Notes: generated from the letters alone by a model not told the origin. A DNA stretch of 64,000 nucleotides from Candidatus Wolfebacteria bacterium GW2011_GWE2_44_13 (GCA_001000675.1 LCHW01000002.1:69310-133309); one strand, 5' to 3'; counted from the first letter of the stretch, positions 36,161 through 44,515 are shown. Numbers and translations: made by a program.

Positions 36161-38362
36161 TTATATCGTAGCGAGTGTTGGTGAATCAAACTTCACAGAC
36201 AATAATTTGGAAGTACCATCGTCATTCATGGTCACGCCGTAGAGTACGTCAGCTGTTTCCATAACGGTACGGTTATGCGTAACGACGATGAACTGCACTT
36301 TGTGTGCGAACTCTTTGATAAGGTGTGCAAATCGTTCCGAATTGCGTTCATCAAGCGGAGCGTCAATTTCATCAAGTACGAGAAATGGGGGAGGGCTTAC
36401 AGAAATAAGTGCAAAGAGTGCTGCGATAGAAACAAGACTCTTTTCTCCACCCGAGAGCACGTCAAGGCTGTTGATGCGTTTCTTCGGGAGGCTGAGTTCT
36501 ATTTCGATACCCGATTGCAATGGCTCTTCCGCCTGTTTCTGTTCTTCAAATTCAGACGTTTCTCCGCTTAGCTCTTCGACAATATGTTCAATGCTATGTG
36601 TCTTGATTTTCATCTTTGCCGAGCCACCGCCAAACATAAGACGAAAGAAGTGATTGAATTGATCGTTAATGTCTTTGAAGGCAGCATTGAATTTTCCGGT
36701 TACATCGCGCTTCAACTCTTCAACAAGCTCATTCAAGTCGGAAGATGCTTTTTCTAAATCGGCCGATTGAGTTACGAGATGTGCATGATGGGTCTCCACT
36801 TCGTTTGCTTCGGTGATAAGCGATTCATCTACGTCACCGATAGAGAGAAGTTCGGCACGGAGACGAAAAATCTGACGCTCTAAATCGGACAGTTGAAATT
36901 CAGAAAGAGATTCAGTGGAGCGAAGTGAGTCAAGCGCGGATTCTTCGTGTTCGTTTCGCACCCATTCAGCACGTAAATCAGTAAGACGGATAGAAACTTT
37001 TTCATTTTCAAAGGTAAGGTGCTGCACGCGATTTTCTATGGCACGAATTTCTTCGCGTTTAGCCTCTACAAGACTAAATGCTTCACGAAATCGTTGGTTA
37101 AAATCCGTAAGGCCTTGCGATAAAGATTCCTGCGCTTCCCTTACAAACTTAAGATTTTCATCAAGTCCAGCAAGAGCAAAAAGGAGATTATTTTTATCAT
37201 GTTCAATGTCTGCTTGTTCTGCGGAATAGTCAGGCTTTGGCAAATCAAGTTTTGGAGGGTTGAGATACGAATCTATTTTTGTGATAAGGGATTTAATTGT
37301 ATGGGAAAGTTGCGCAACATCATCTGATGAAGCATTTTCTTCAAGTGCATGCTTGATTTGGCGAATCAACGCGAGCATTTCTTCTTTGCGATAAACAACG
37401 CCTTGGTCCGATGTGGTGTCAGTAGAAAATTCAAGCTTCGCTTCGAGGCGGGCAACATCTTTTTGTAATTGAAAGCGCTTTGCGAGTAATGCGGTTTCCT
37501 CTGCCTTTAGCGTCGCAGCTTCCGCGTGTTGATCTTTCGTTGATTCAATTGTTTCGAGGGATTGTTGTAATTGTGAGAGTTCTTGTTGCTTGCGCGTGAT
37601 GTCTTCTTCTAACGCAAGAAGACTTGCTTTGTTTTGGCTTAGCTTGTCTTTAAGCGTAGAAACTTTTGTTCCGAAATACGATTGTTCTGCTGCAATTAAT
37701 TCATCGCGTTTTTGGTCGCGCGTTTGATATTTGGCAACTTGTCGCTTTAACATACGTAAGCGAGGAGTAACTTCTTCTATCATAATGCGGATCTTTTCAA
37801 GATTAAGCGCGGTGTTTTTTAGTTTTCGTTCAGCCTCAAGCTTTTTTAGTTGGTACTCTTTTAGGCCAAGGATTTCCTCAATCATAAAGCGACGCTCTTG
37901 GGGAGTTGCACGCACAAAAAGATCGCTCGAGCCCTGGTTGATGATCGTAAGGCCGCGCGTGCCCAAACGAGAGCGGGCAAAGAAGTCGATAATATCTTTT
38001 GCGCGCACATCAGATTTGTTAAGCCCATAGGTTGAGTTTCCATCGCGAGAGATTTCGCGGCTTACGGTAACCTCATCAAAATCAAGCGGGAAAAATTTAC
38101 CGCTGTTATCGAAGTTGATGCTTACTTGTGCCATGCCAGAGCGGGCGCGCTTAGGAGTGCCGGCAAAAATAAGATCTTCCGCTTTGCCACCGCGGAGATT
38201 CTTTGCCTCGCGTTCGCCGAGAATCCAACGAATCGCATCGATGACGTTTGACTTGCCGCTACCGTTTGGGCCTACGATGGCAGTAATGCCTCCGGGGAAT
38301 TCCAATACGGTTTTTTGTGCGAACGATTTGAATCCGTTCAGTTCGAGTGATTTCAGCAGCAT
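36161..38362 (-). CDS. smc: SMC-family chromosome segregation ATPase, short form (733 aa).
   Basis: N-terminal Walker A (GPNGSGKSN), long coiled-coil, C-terminal signature LSGGEKSL and Walker B/D-loop (FLVLDEIDAPLD). A hinge region is not obvious. Confidence 0.8.
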   Translation of the reverse strand: MLLKSLELNGFKSFAQKTVLEFPGGITAIVGPNGSGKSNVIDAIRWILGEREAKNLRGGKAEDLIFAGTPKRARSGMAQVSINFDNSGKFFPLDFDEVTVSREISRDGNSTYGLNKSDVRAKDIIDFFARSRLGTRGLTIINQGSSDLFVRATPQERRFMIEEILGLKEYQLKKLEAERKLKNTALNLEKIRIMIEEVTPRLRMLKRQVAKYQTRDQKRDELIAAEQSYFGTKVSTLKDKLSQNKASLLALEEDITRKQQELSQLQQSLETIESTKDQHAEAATLKAEETALLAKRFQLQKDVARLEAKLEFSTDTTSDQGVVYRKEEMLALIRQIKHALEENASSDDVAQLSHTIKSLITKIDSYLNPPKLDLPKPDYSAEQADIEHDKNNLLFALAGLDENLKFVREAQESLSQGLTDFNQRFREAFSLVEAKREEIRAIENRVQHLTFENEKVSIRLTDLRAEWVRNEHEESALDSLRSTESLSEFQLSDLERQIFRLRAELLSIGDVDESLITEANEVETHHAHLVTQSADLEKASSDLNELVEELKRDVTGKFNAAFKDINDQFNHFFRLMFGGGSAKMKIKTHSIEHIVEELSGETSEFEEQKQAEEPLQSGIEIELSLPKKRINSLDVLSGGEKSLVSIAALFALISVSPPPFLVLDEIDAPLDERNSERFAHLIKEFAHKVQFIVVTHNRTVMETADVLYGVTMNDDGTSKLLSVKFDSPTLATI

Positions 38363-38410
38363 GATGTTGTTACTATACTATAAAAAATGGCGTATTTCCA
38401 TGGGGAAAAC

Positions 38411-38578
38411 GAGGGAGGGTGTCATTCCCGCGGCCTGCTCCGTGTAAGAATAAATACTCCGCAGGCATTTCGGCACGTTGCACGCTTGCTTCGCTCGCTA
38501 GCAACGCCAAGTCAAGGCGGGAATCCATCCCCGCCAGTAAAATACTGGATTCCCGCCTCCGCGGGAATGACAGTAGGC
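38411..38578. repeat. Cluster of ATTCCC-N8-GGGAAT-type palindromic repeats: half-site at 38421..38433, IR GGCGGGAATCC...GGATTCCCGCC at 38517..38558, full unit at 38548..38574.
   Basis: Inverted repeats seen directly. Same family as 39098..39121, 39138..39160 and 40796..40821. Confidence 0.7.
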
Positions 38579-38707
38579 GGGGAGTTGGCAATATAGGAGG
38601 TTGACAGATTTGCAATATTATAGTAATGTATATAAATACAAATAAGGGTGGTAACGGCATTGTGCCAATAGGACTTTTCAAACCGAATAGTGAAAGGAAA
38701 AAAGAAG

Positions 38708-39043
38708 ATGGATAGCTATACGAAAAAGGTATTGCTGGTGATTGCACTTGCATTCGTGGTAGCAATAGCTTATCGGGTTGCTATTATGAAACCCGAAGCA
38801 GATGTGAAGGTCCAGCCGTATCCGGCGACAGTCCTGACGGATATGCAGATTGACAGGTACGGAAACATTATGTATCCCCTGTACTTTTGCATCGACGGAA
38901 GGTGTCGCACTCGAGTGACGTGCGGGAATGAATCCACCCCGCTATTCGAAAAAGGGAACAGGGTTACAGTGTGGCTTAAAACCAGCCCGCTGGAAGGGTC
39001 TGACTTGCTTTGCCTTGATAAGGTCGAGCTCGTCGGCCGATAA
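38708..39043 (+). CDS. Small membrane-anchored/secreted Cys-containing protein, paralogue A.
   Basis: N-terminal anchor LLVIALAFVVAIAYR. YPLYFCIDGRCRTRVTCGNESTPLFEKGNRVTVWLKTS aligns with paralogue B. Conserved TTGACAGATTTGCA promoter and 5'UTR. Terminator at 39058..39092. Confidence 0.6.
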   Translation: MDSYTKKVLLVIALAFVVAIAYRVAIMKPEADVKVQPYPATVLTDMQIDRYGNIMYPLYFCIDGRCRTRVTCGNESTPLFEKGNRVTVWLKTSPLEGSDLLCLDKVELVGR

Positions 39044-39097
39044 CTATTTCCGAAAAGTTCGTCGGGGCGCCACAAGGCGCCCCATTTTTTGTCCCGT

Positions 39098-39160
39098 GTC
39101 ATTCCCGCGGAGGCGGGAATCTAGTATTCAGCCAAATGGATTCCCACCTGTGCTGGAATG
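39098..39160. repeat. ATTCCC-N8-GGGAAT palindromic repeat (gtcattcccgcggaggcgggaatc) plus a degenerate partner copy.
   Basis: Seen directly. Same arrangement as 38517..38574. Confidence 0.7.
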
Positions 39161-39285
39161 ATAATACAAAAAGAAGAGAGTAATGAGAGATTGACAGATT
39201 TGCATTATTGATGTAATACATATTTATACAAATAGGCTAATGGCATCGTGCCAATAGGACATTTAAAAATCGAGAGGAATTCGAG

Positions 39286-39642
39286 ATGAGCGGTCGTGTG
39301 AAAACGTTTTTGTTAATAACTGCGCTGTTCTTGGTATTGGCGATAGCGTATCGCGATACCAGCCTCAAGCCCAAAGGAAGCTCTATTCACGAATACACGG
39401 TAACGATTATGAACAACGCGCAGATTGTAGATTTTTTCAAGGATAAGCCGTATCTGGCGTACCCTGTCTATGTGTGCGGAGACAGCAAAGAGTGTGCTAT
39501 GCGAATCCTTCCTGCTCGCGCAGTTCCGACTCCGCTCTATCAGGGGAATAAAATTAGTATCAGGACGAGCGAAGATATTAGCCAGACCGAAGGGCTGCTA
39601 TCGGTAGAGGACATTACACTGGTGATTATTGACACCCAGTAA
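39286..39642 (+). CDS. Small membrane-anchored/secreted Cys-containing protein, paralogue B.
   Basis: LLITALFLVLAIAYR anchor and YPVYVCGDSKECAMRILPARAVPTPLYQGNKISIRTS. Same promoter/5'UTR module as paralogue A. Terminator at 39643..39680. Confidence 0.6.
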   Translation: MSGRVKTFLLITALFLVLAIAYRDTSLKPKGSSIHEYTVTIMNNAQIVDFFKDKPYLAYPVYVCGDSKECAMRILPARAVPTPLYQGNKISIRTSEDISQTEGLLSVEDITLVIIDTQ

Positions 39643-39744
39643 AGTGAGGAGGCGCTGCAAGGCGCCTCATTTTTTACGGGGTTGCATTTATATTGCGAAA
39701 GGAGTATTACATATAGCTGTACAGCACATTAACAAAAGGCAAAA

Positions 39745-40177
39745 ATGCCTACTATGGGCCTTGGTGGGCCGTCGAACATACACCGCGCTTTCTTGTGTGA
39801 GAGCAGATGGAGAAAAAGTGGAACACATTATTGTGAGTGCAGTGGGGAATCTTTCGAGGCAATGCACATTTTCGTTTGTGCTGGTTGGCGTACATGGAAC
39901 AACGCCATGGAAGCCGCCGTACACAAAGGCATATGCTGTCATAATCGTACGGGTAAGCGGGCCTCCGAATGAGGTCGCCGCATTTTCAAAAGCGCTAAAA
40001 AGAGAAGCGAGCCGAACAAAGTCCTGTATTACGGTTGGGGCTGACGGTCGCTTCGACGCAGAAAGCGCTGAGAAAACGTACAGCGTCGAAATACTCGTGC
40101 CTGATAACTTTGGAACTCCACAGGAGTTCCTCAGTGGTAAGGCGAGAAAAATCGAAGACGCTTGCAAGAAACCGTAA
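39745..40177 (+). pseudogene. Frameshifted paralogue of 40300..40755. The conserved N-terminal peptide MPTMGLGGPSNIHRAF is in one frame. The homologous body continues in the -1/+2 frame to 40177.
   Basis: N-terminal 16 codons align with MPYLGLGGPSNMHRPF of the intact paralogue, mostly by synonymous differences. After ~39800 the frame with body similarity (LVGVHG..W...KAYAVIIVRVS vs LLGSHEW..KSDMVTVILAFSRS) is the other frame, which has no ATG. Terminator at 40195..40232. Confidence 0.5.
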
Positions 40178-40299
40178 AGGTTTTTGTAAGCATACAGAAT
40201 AAGCCGCGTCCTTGTGACGCGGCCTTTTTTAACTTGATAATTATTTTATGAAGTGGTATGACGTAGATAGTTACCTTATCAAAAGAAGCAAAGGCAGTA

Positions 40300-40755
40300 A
40301 TGCCTTATCTGGGCCTCGGTGGGCCGTCTAATATGCACCGACCCTTCGTAAGAAGGAGAAGAGGAGTTGCTATGACTGAGAAGAGAAGGCCAGGAAAGAA
40401 AGAGCGATTGGAAATGCCCTACAAGAGAATTTTTATCGAGGGCAACGAAGTGGGGCAGCTCTATTTACTAGGGTCTCATGAATGGGACGACAAGTCGGAT
40501 ATGGTCACGGTAATCCTTGCGTTTTCGAGAAGTAAATACGAAGGATATTTCATGGCGCTTATTCTCAGCGAAAATTTCTTTTTTATGAACGGAAGAACCA
40601 TTGAGGACTTCACGGGTAAAAGGAAGATGATGACTGGGACGTTGCGACAATTAGTCCCGCGGCAGGGCGACCAGATAGGGTTTATAGCAAATATTGCCGA
40701 GCGCATAGGGAAGGTCTTGGGAACGCACCTTCCGAGCCTCGAAGAGATGGGATAG
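40300..40755 (+). CDS. Hypothetical protein with conserved N-terminal peptide MPYLGLGGPSNMHRPF (intact paralogue).
   Basis: 151 aa. AAAGG RBS before ATG. Terminator at 40760..40795. Confidence 0.55.
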   Translation: MPYLGLGGPSNMHRPFVRRRRGVAMTEKRRPGKKERLEMPYKRIFIEGNEVGQLYLLGSHEWDDKSDMVTVILAFSRSKYEGYFMALILSENFFFMNGRTIEDFTGKRKMMTGTLRQLVPRQGDQIGFIANIAERIGKVLGTHLPSLEEMG

Positions 40756-40795
40756 TGCAAAAAGCCGCGAGTAATCGCGGCCTTTTTTTGTATTG

Positions 40796-40821
40796 TCATT
40801 CCCGCGGAGGCGGGAATGACA
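40796..40821. repeat. Perfect ATTCCC-N8-GGGAAT palindrome gtcattcccgcggaggcgggaatgac at the 3' end of rnc.
   Basis: Seen directly. Confidence 0.75.
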
Positions 40822-40823
40822 GA

Positions 40824-41531
40824 TTACACCTCAAACTTTTTCAGCGCATTCTTTGCTGATTCAATTTCTGCCTCTTGTTTGGAGAATCCTTTTCCGCGAG
40901 CAGCAAATGTTTCACCAAAGTACACACCAATTTCAAAAATTTTATTATGATCAGGGCCTTCTTCACCGAGTACGACGTAGCGAGGGGTTACCTTATGTTT
41001 TTCTTGCACAATTTCTTGCAGATGACTTTTTGGATCTTTGTGAAGATTGTTTGCAACAATGTCTGCTGAGTGACTAAGTACTTGGTCGGTTATAAATTTA
41101 GCTGCGGCAGCATATCCTTGATCAAGATAAATAGCACCGATAAGGGATTCAAACGCGTTTGCTAAGATAACTTCTTTTGCACGAGCAGTATCCTTTGCTT
41201 CTCCGCGGGAAAGTAAAATAGAGCTGTGCATTTTAATACTATCAGCGATACGTGCCAAAATTTGGTAGTTTACAAGCGCTGCGCGAATACTCGTGAGCTC
41301 TCCCTCAGGAGATTGAGGGTAGGTATGGAAAAGATATTCCGTTACGACAAGTTCAAGTACTGCATCACCTAAAAACTCGAGCCGTTCATTATGAGGAACA
41401 CCCCATTTAGGATTTTCATTAAGATACGAACGATGCGTAAGTGCTTCTTTAAGTAAGTCGAGATTAGTAAATTGAATCCCGATTGTTTGCTGTATTTTTT
41501 CGAAGTGATTCACGGTTGAATCATTATTCAA
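40824..41531 (-). CDS. rnc: Ribonuclease III.
   Basis: RNase III signature ERLEFLGDAVLELVVTEYLF and a C-terminal dsRBD. Confidence 0.9.
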   Translation of the reverse strand: MNNDSTVNHFEKIQQTIGIQFTNLDLLKEALTHRSYLNENPKWGVPHNERLEFLGDAVLELVVTEYLFHTYPQSPEGELTSIRAALVNYQILARIADSIKMHSSILLSRGEAKDTARAKEVILANAFESLIGAIYLDQGYAAAAKFITDQVLSHSADIVANNLHKDPKSHLQEIVQEKHKVTPRYVVLGEEGPDHNKIFEIGVYFGETFAARGKGFSKQEAEIESAKNALKKFEV

Positions 41532-41620
41532 TTACGAATTACGAATTGCGAATAAATATTCGTAATCCGTAATCCGCAATAAAACAATAAATAATGTTTA
41601 TTGAGTATGCGGTAATGGGC

Positions 41621-42106
41621 TTATTCAGCGGCTTCTTCTATAACAACTGGCTCAGCTACAGGTTCTGCAGGTGCTTGTGCCTCTTTTGCGAGTGCAATTT
41701 CCTTGAACACTGTTCCGAGTACACCATTGATAAATTTGCCAGAGTTTGGTCCGCCAAAGTTTTTAGCGAGTTCAATTGCTTCATTAATAGCAACTTTCTC
41801 AGGGATTTCAGCATGGTCTGCGAACAAAAGTTCATAGAGGCCGATACGAAGTACATTGCGATCAATGACAGGAATCTGTTCAAGCGGCCACTGCGGAGCA
41901 GCGCGGCGAATGATATCGTCTATCTCCGGCATGTGCGCAACAACACCGTTGATAAGTTTCCACGCAAATTCTGGTTCATCGATGCCTGCGCCAAATTCGG
42001 CGAGGTTGCGTTCGATAACCGTAGTTAATTCATCGCGTTGTTTGTAAAAATCCCACTCGTATAACGATTGCAATATGATTGATCGGATTAAGTGTCTAGT
42101 TGCCAT
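41621..42106 (-). CDS. nusB: Transcription antitermination factor NusB.
   Basis: [17 protein letters not shown]... all-helical NusB pattern plus an Ala/Glu/Pro-rich C-terminal tail. Confidence 0.8.
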   Translation of the reverse strand: MATRHLIRSIILQSLYEWDFYKQRDELTTVIERNLAEFGAGIDEPEFAWKLINGVVAHMPEIDDIIRRAAPQWPLEQIPVIDRNVLRIGLYELLFADHAEIPEKVAINEAIELAKNFGGPNSGKFINGVLGTVFKEIALAKEAQAPAEPVAEPVVIEEAAE

Positions 42107-42184
42107 AAAAGGTGCTGGTTAATGTACTGACTATATATAGTATAGTATAAAAATTGCCGACAGTAAAAACGGTCGGCAACTTCT

Positions 42185-42394
42185 TTACTGTGCAGTTTCT
42201 TTTTTCGCTGTCTTTAAGCGAGGTGCTTTTACAACCGATCCCTTATAGCTTCCACAGTTCGCGCAATAGCGATGTGGCATAACAGGGGACTGGCAGTTTG
42301 GGCAAACCGCGATCTGGCTTGGCTTAAGAGCCAAGTGTGAGCGACGGCGTCCTACTTTCGATTTAGTATGATGTTTGACTGGTACTCCACCCAT
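42185..42394 (-). CDS. rpmF: 50S ribosomal protein L32.
   Basis: MGGVPVKHHTKSKVGRRRSHLAL...CPNC...CANCG. 69 aa, zinc-ribbon L32. Confidence 0.85.
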   Translation of the reverse strand: MGGVPVKHHTKSKVGRRRSHLALKPSQIAVCPNCQSPVMPHRYCANCGSYKGSVVKAPRLKTAKKETAQ

Positions 42395-42520
42395 GGATAA
42401 TGATGTCTAGTGAATAAATGAGCCGTTAGGCCCGTATCTAGAGAATAATAGATAAATATGGGATAAAAGTCAATGGATAGAATAAAACAAAGCCCCGACG
42501 GAAGTCGGGGTAAAAAAGGG

Positions 42521-42868
42521 CTACAACGGGAGGCGCGAAGGGCCACGGCGCATAAAGGAGTCCTGCAAACAGTATGCGTACATGCAAATGCATGACACAA
42601 AGACGTAAAGGTTTCCAAACCTATGGAATCCGGGCGTTTCAGCAACAAACCACGCCTGCGCCGCGAAGAAAAGAGAAATCCACGCAACGAGAAGGAAATT
42701 TCCACCCGAATGGTGAATCGCATAGTAGCCTTCAGGAACTCGTTTACCCTGACGGTATCGAGAGTCGCAGAACCAAAGGCAACAAACAACTAAAGGGAAA
42801 AACCAGGTAAGAGCGTAGACGAATAGTAAAGCAAACAAATAGATGCTGCTAAGCGTAAGTTCGGACAT
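42521..42868 (-). CDS. Hypothetical small membrane protein.
   Basis: 115 aa with 3 hydrophobic segments. AAAGGGG RBS. Minus-strand hairpin terminator at 42483..42520. Confidence 0.45.
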   Translation of the reverse strand: MSELTLSSIYLFALLFVYALTWFFPLVVCCLWFCDSRYRQGKRVPEGYYAIHHSGGNFLLVAWISLFFAAQAWFVAETPGFHRFGNLYVFVSCICMYAYCLQDSFMRRGPSRLPL

Positions 42869-43037
42869 AGCGCAAACCCCTTTGTAAGATGTTTTTAGAA
42901 TAGTGAACTGGTAAAATAGTGCAATAAAAGAAGGGCTGTGTCAATGGATAGGGTTGACATATATAGCGGGAAAAGGTTATATGAACTCAGTAGCTTTAGT
43001 TGTATAAGAGATCCTCTAACCGAGAAGGAGTGTGAAT

Positions 43038-43439
43038 ATGTCGCAGCAAATACGGGTATATTTGGAGTATCCAGGGCAGACTGGGCCTGTAAGTTTTTGG
43101 AGTAAGGTAGCAAAAAGAAATACCGAGCCGGGGTGGCCAGGAACACACTATGTGGATTTTGACCTTGCACCGTTCTTCGTGGAATGCTCCCCTGTATTCA
43201 GAAAAGGAATCCGAGAGGAGATCGAGAAGAAAACAGAATTTGTTGCGGCGAGTATTGAGACGCCGGTTGATCGTTCGGAAGTTGTCAGGAATAGTAATAC
43301 TGCATATGACCATGGTGTAGGGGTGACGATAGACAGCTCTCAATGGCCATGTGTGGCCACGATATGGGCGCCAACAATGATAAGCGCCATCGAGAAATTG
43401 AGGGAGCTCGCTCCCCCTAAACAGGGGTGCTGCAGGTAA
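43038..43439 (+). CDS. Hypothetical protein.
   Basis: GAAGGAG RBS 8 nt before ATG 43038. Terminator at 43449..43482. Confidence 0.45.
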   Translation: MSQQIRVYLEYPGQTGPVSFWSKVAKRNTEPGWPGTHYVDFDLAPFFVECSPVFRKGIREEIEKKTEFVAASIETPVDRSEVVRNSNTAYDHGVGVTIDSSQWPCVATIWAPTMISAIEKLRELAPPKQGCCR

Positions 43440-43510
43440 AGGTTTAAGTACTGGCCCGTCTTCGACGGGCCAGCTTTTTGTTTTACGGTTGCTATGATAG
43501 GATACAGGAA

Positions 43511-44515
43511 ATGAATGGCGACCCAGCACAATTGAAAAAAGGAGAGGCAGACCTGCAAATAGATTCAGTTCTTCGCCCAGAGCAATGGGATGAATATATC
43601 GGGCAGGAGCGTATTAAGGCAAACGTAAAAATAATGATCGAAGCGGCACAAAAGCGAGGGGAGCGACCAGATCACATGTTGTTTTATGGCCCACAAGGGT
43701 TGGGCAAAACAACAATTGCAAACTTAATCGCGCGAGAGATGGGCGCACAAATGCGCGTGACTTCGGGGGTAAATCTAGAAAAGACAGGGGATTTAGTATC
43801 GACACTCGCAAATTTAGAAGAGGGCGATATTTTATTTGTCGACGAGGCGCATCGCATCAATCGTACGATTGAGGAAATTTTGTATCCAGCCATGGAGAGC
43901 CGCAAGCTGCATATGACGATTGGTAAAGGACCGGCTGCGCGCCAACTTACACTTGACCTTCCGGCATTTACGCTTATTGCGGCAACAACGCGCGTAAACT
44001 TATTGTCCGCTCCGCTCCGCTCGCGATTCGGTGCAATATTTAGCATGGATTATTATGCGCAAGAACATATCGAAGAAATCATTCGACGCTCCGCCCGCAT
44101 TCTCGGATTAACAATAGAACCGGCTGCGGTAACGGCAATTGCACGTGCAGCGCGCTTTACGCCTCGGACAGCGAATAGGCTATTAAAACGCGTGCGTGAC
44201 TATGCACAAGTAAAAGAGATGGCTGTGATTACAGAAGAGGCGGTGCTTGATACGCTTGAGCTGCTTGAGATAGATGAGCTCGGTCTTGAAAAGTGGGATC
44301 GCAAGCTATTGGAGAGCATTATTAAAAAGTTTAATGGTGGTCCGGTTGGTTTAAATACACTCGTCGCAATACTCGGGGAGGACAAGGGTACGGTTGAAGA
44401 AGTGTATGAGCCGTTTCTTATTAAGATGGGGTTACTACAAAAGACATCGTCTGGCCGCGCGGTAACCGAAGAGGCATATGCGCATTTGAATTTGAAGCAG
44501 TTTAAGGTACAATAA
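43511..44515 (+). CDS. ruvB: Holliday junction branch-migration ATPase RuvB.
   Basis: LRPEQWDEYIGQE, Walker A GPQGLGKTT, Walker B LFVDEAHR, sensor motifs and a C-terminal winged helix. Confidence 0.9.
   Translation: MNGDPAQLKKGEADLQIDSVLRPEQWDEYIGQERIKANVKIMIEAAQKRGERPDHMLFYGPQGLGKTTIANLIAREMGAQMRVTSGVNLEKTGDLVSTLANLEEGDILFVDEAHRINRTIEEILYPAMESRKLHMTIGKGPAARQLTLDLPAFTLIAATTRVNLLSAPLRSRFGAIFSMDYYAQEHIEEIIRRSARILGLTIEPAAVTAIARAARFTPRTANRLLKRVRDYAQVKEMAVITEEAVLDTLELLEIDELGLEKWDRKLLESIIKKFNGGPVGLNTLVAILGEDKGTVEEVYEPFLIKMGLLQKTSSGRAVTEEAYAHLNLKQFKVQ

Noticed and set aside
36275-38447. Multiple 80-120 aa ORFs antisense or off-frame inside smc (for example 36275..36571, 36915..37229, 37731..38030)
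   Set aside because: They lie entirely within the well-supported 733-aa SMC reading frame. They are Ser/Arg-rich shadow ORFs.
38373-38765. Small ORFs on both strands translating the palindromic repeats (peptides like SFPRRRESS and IPASAGMT)
   Set aside because: These are translation artefacts of the ATTCCC-N8-GGGAAT palindromes. The same peptides recur wherever the repeat occurs.
39688-40167. 159-aa minus-strand ORF antisense to the frameshifted paralogue
   Set aside because: Terminator orientation (hairpin plus T-run at 40195..40232 on the plus strand) and the conserved plus-strand N-terminal peptide support plus-strand coding. The minus-strand translation is Cys/Ser/Thr-rich and shadow-like.
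38411-40822. Possible CRISPR array, because of the repeated palindromic units
   Set aside because: Spacing is irregular. Copies are palindromic and partly inverted relative to each other, they flank terminators, and there are no cas genes. A REP/dRS3-like repeat family explains them better.
38411-40822. Neisseria origin suggested by the dRS3-like repeat core
   Set aside because: Gene content, protein sequences (RuvA, S20, pilin types), low GC and the absence of the Neisseria uptake sequence argue against it. The similarity is limited to the short palindrome core.
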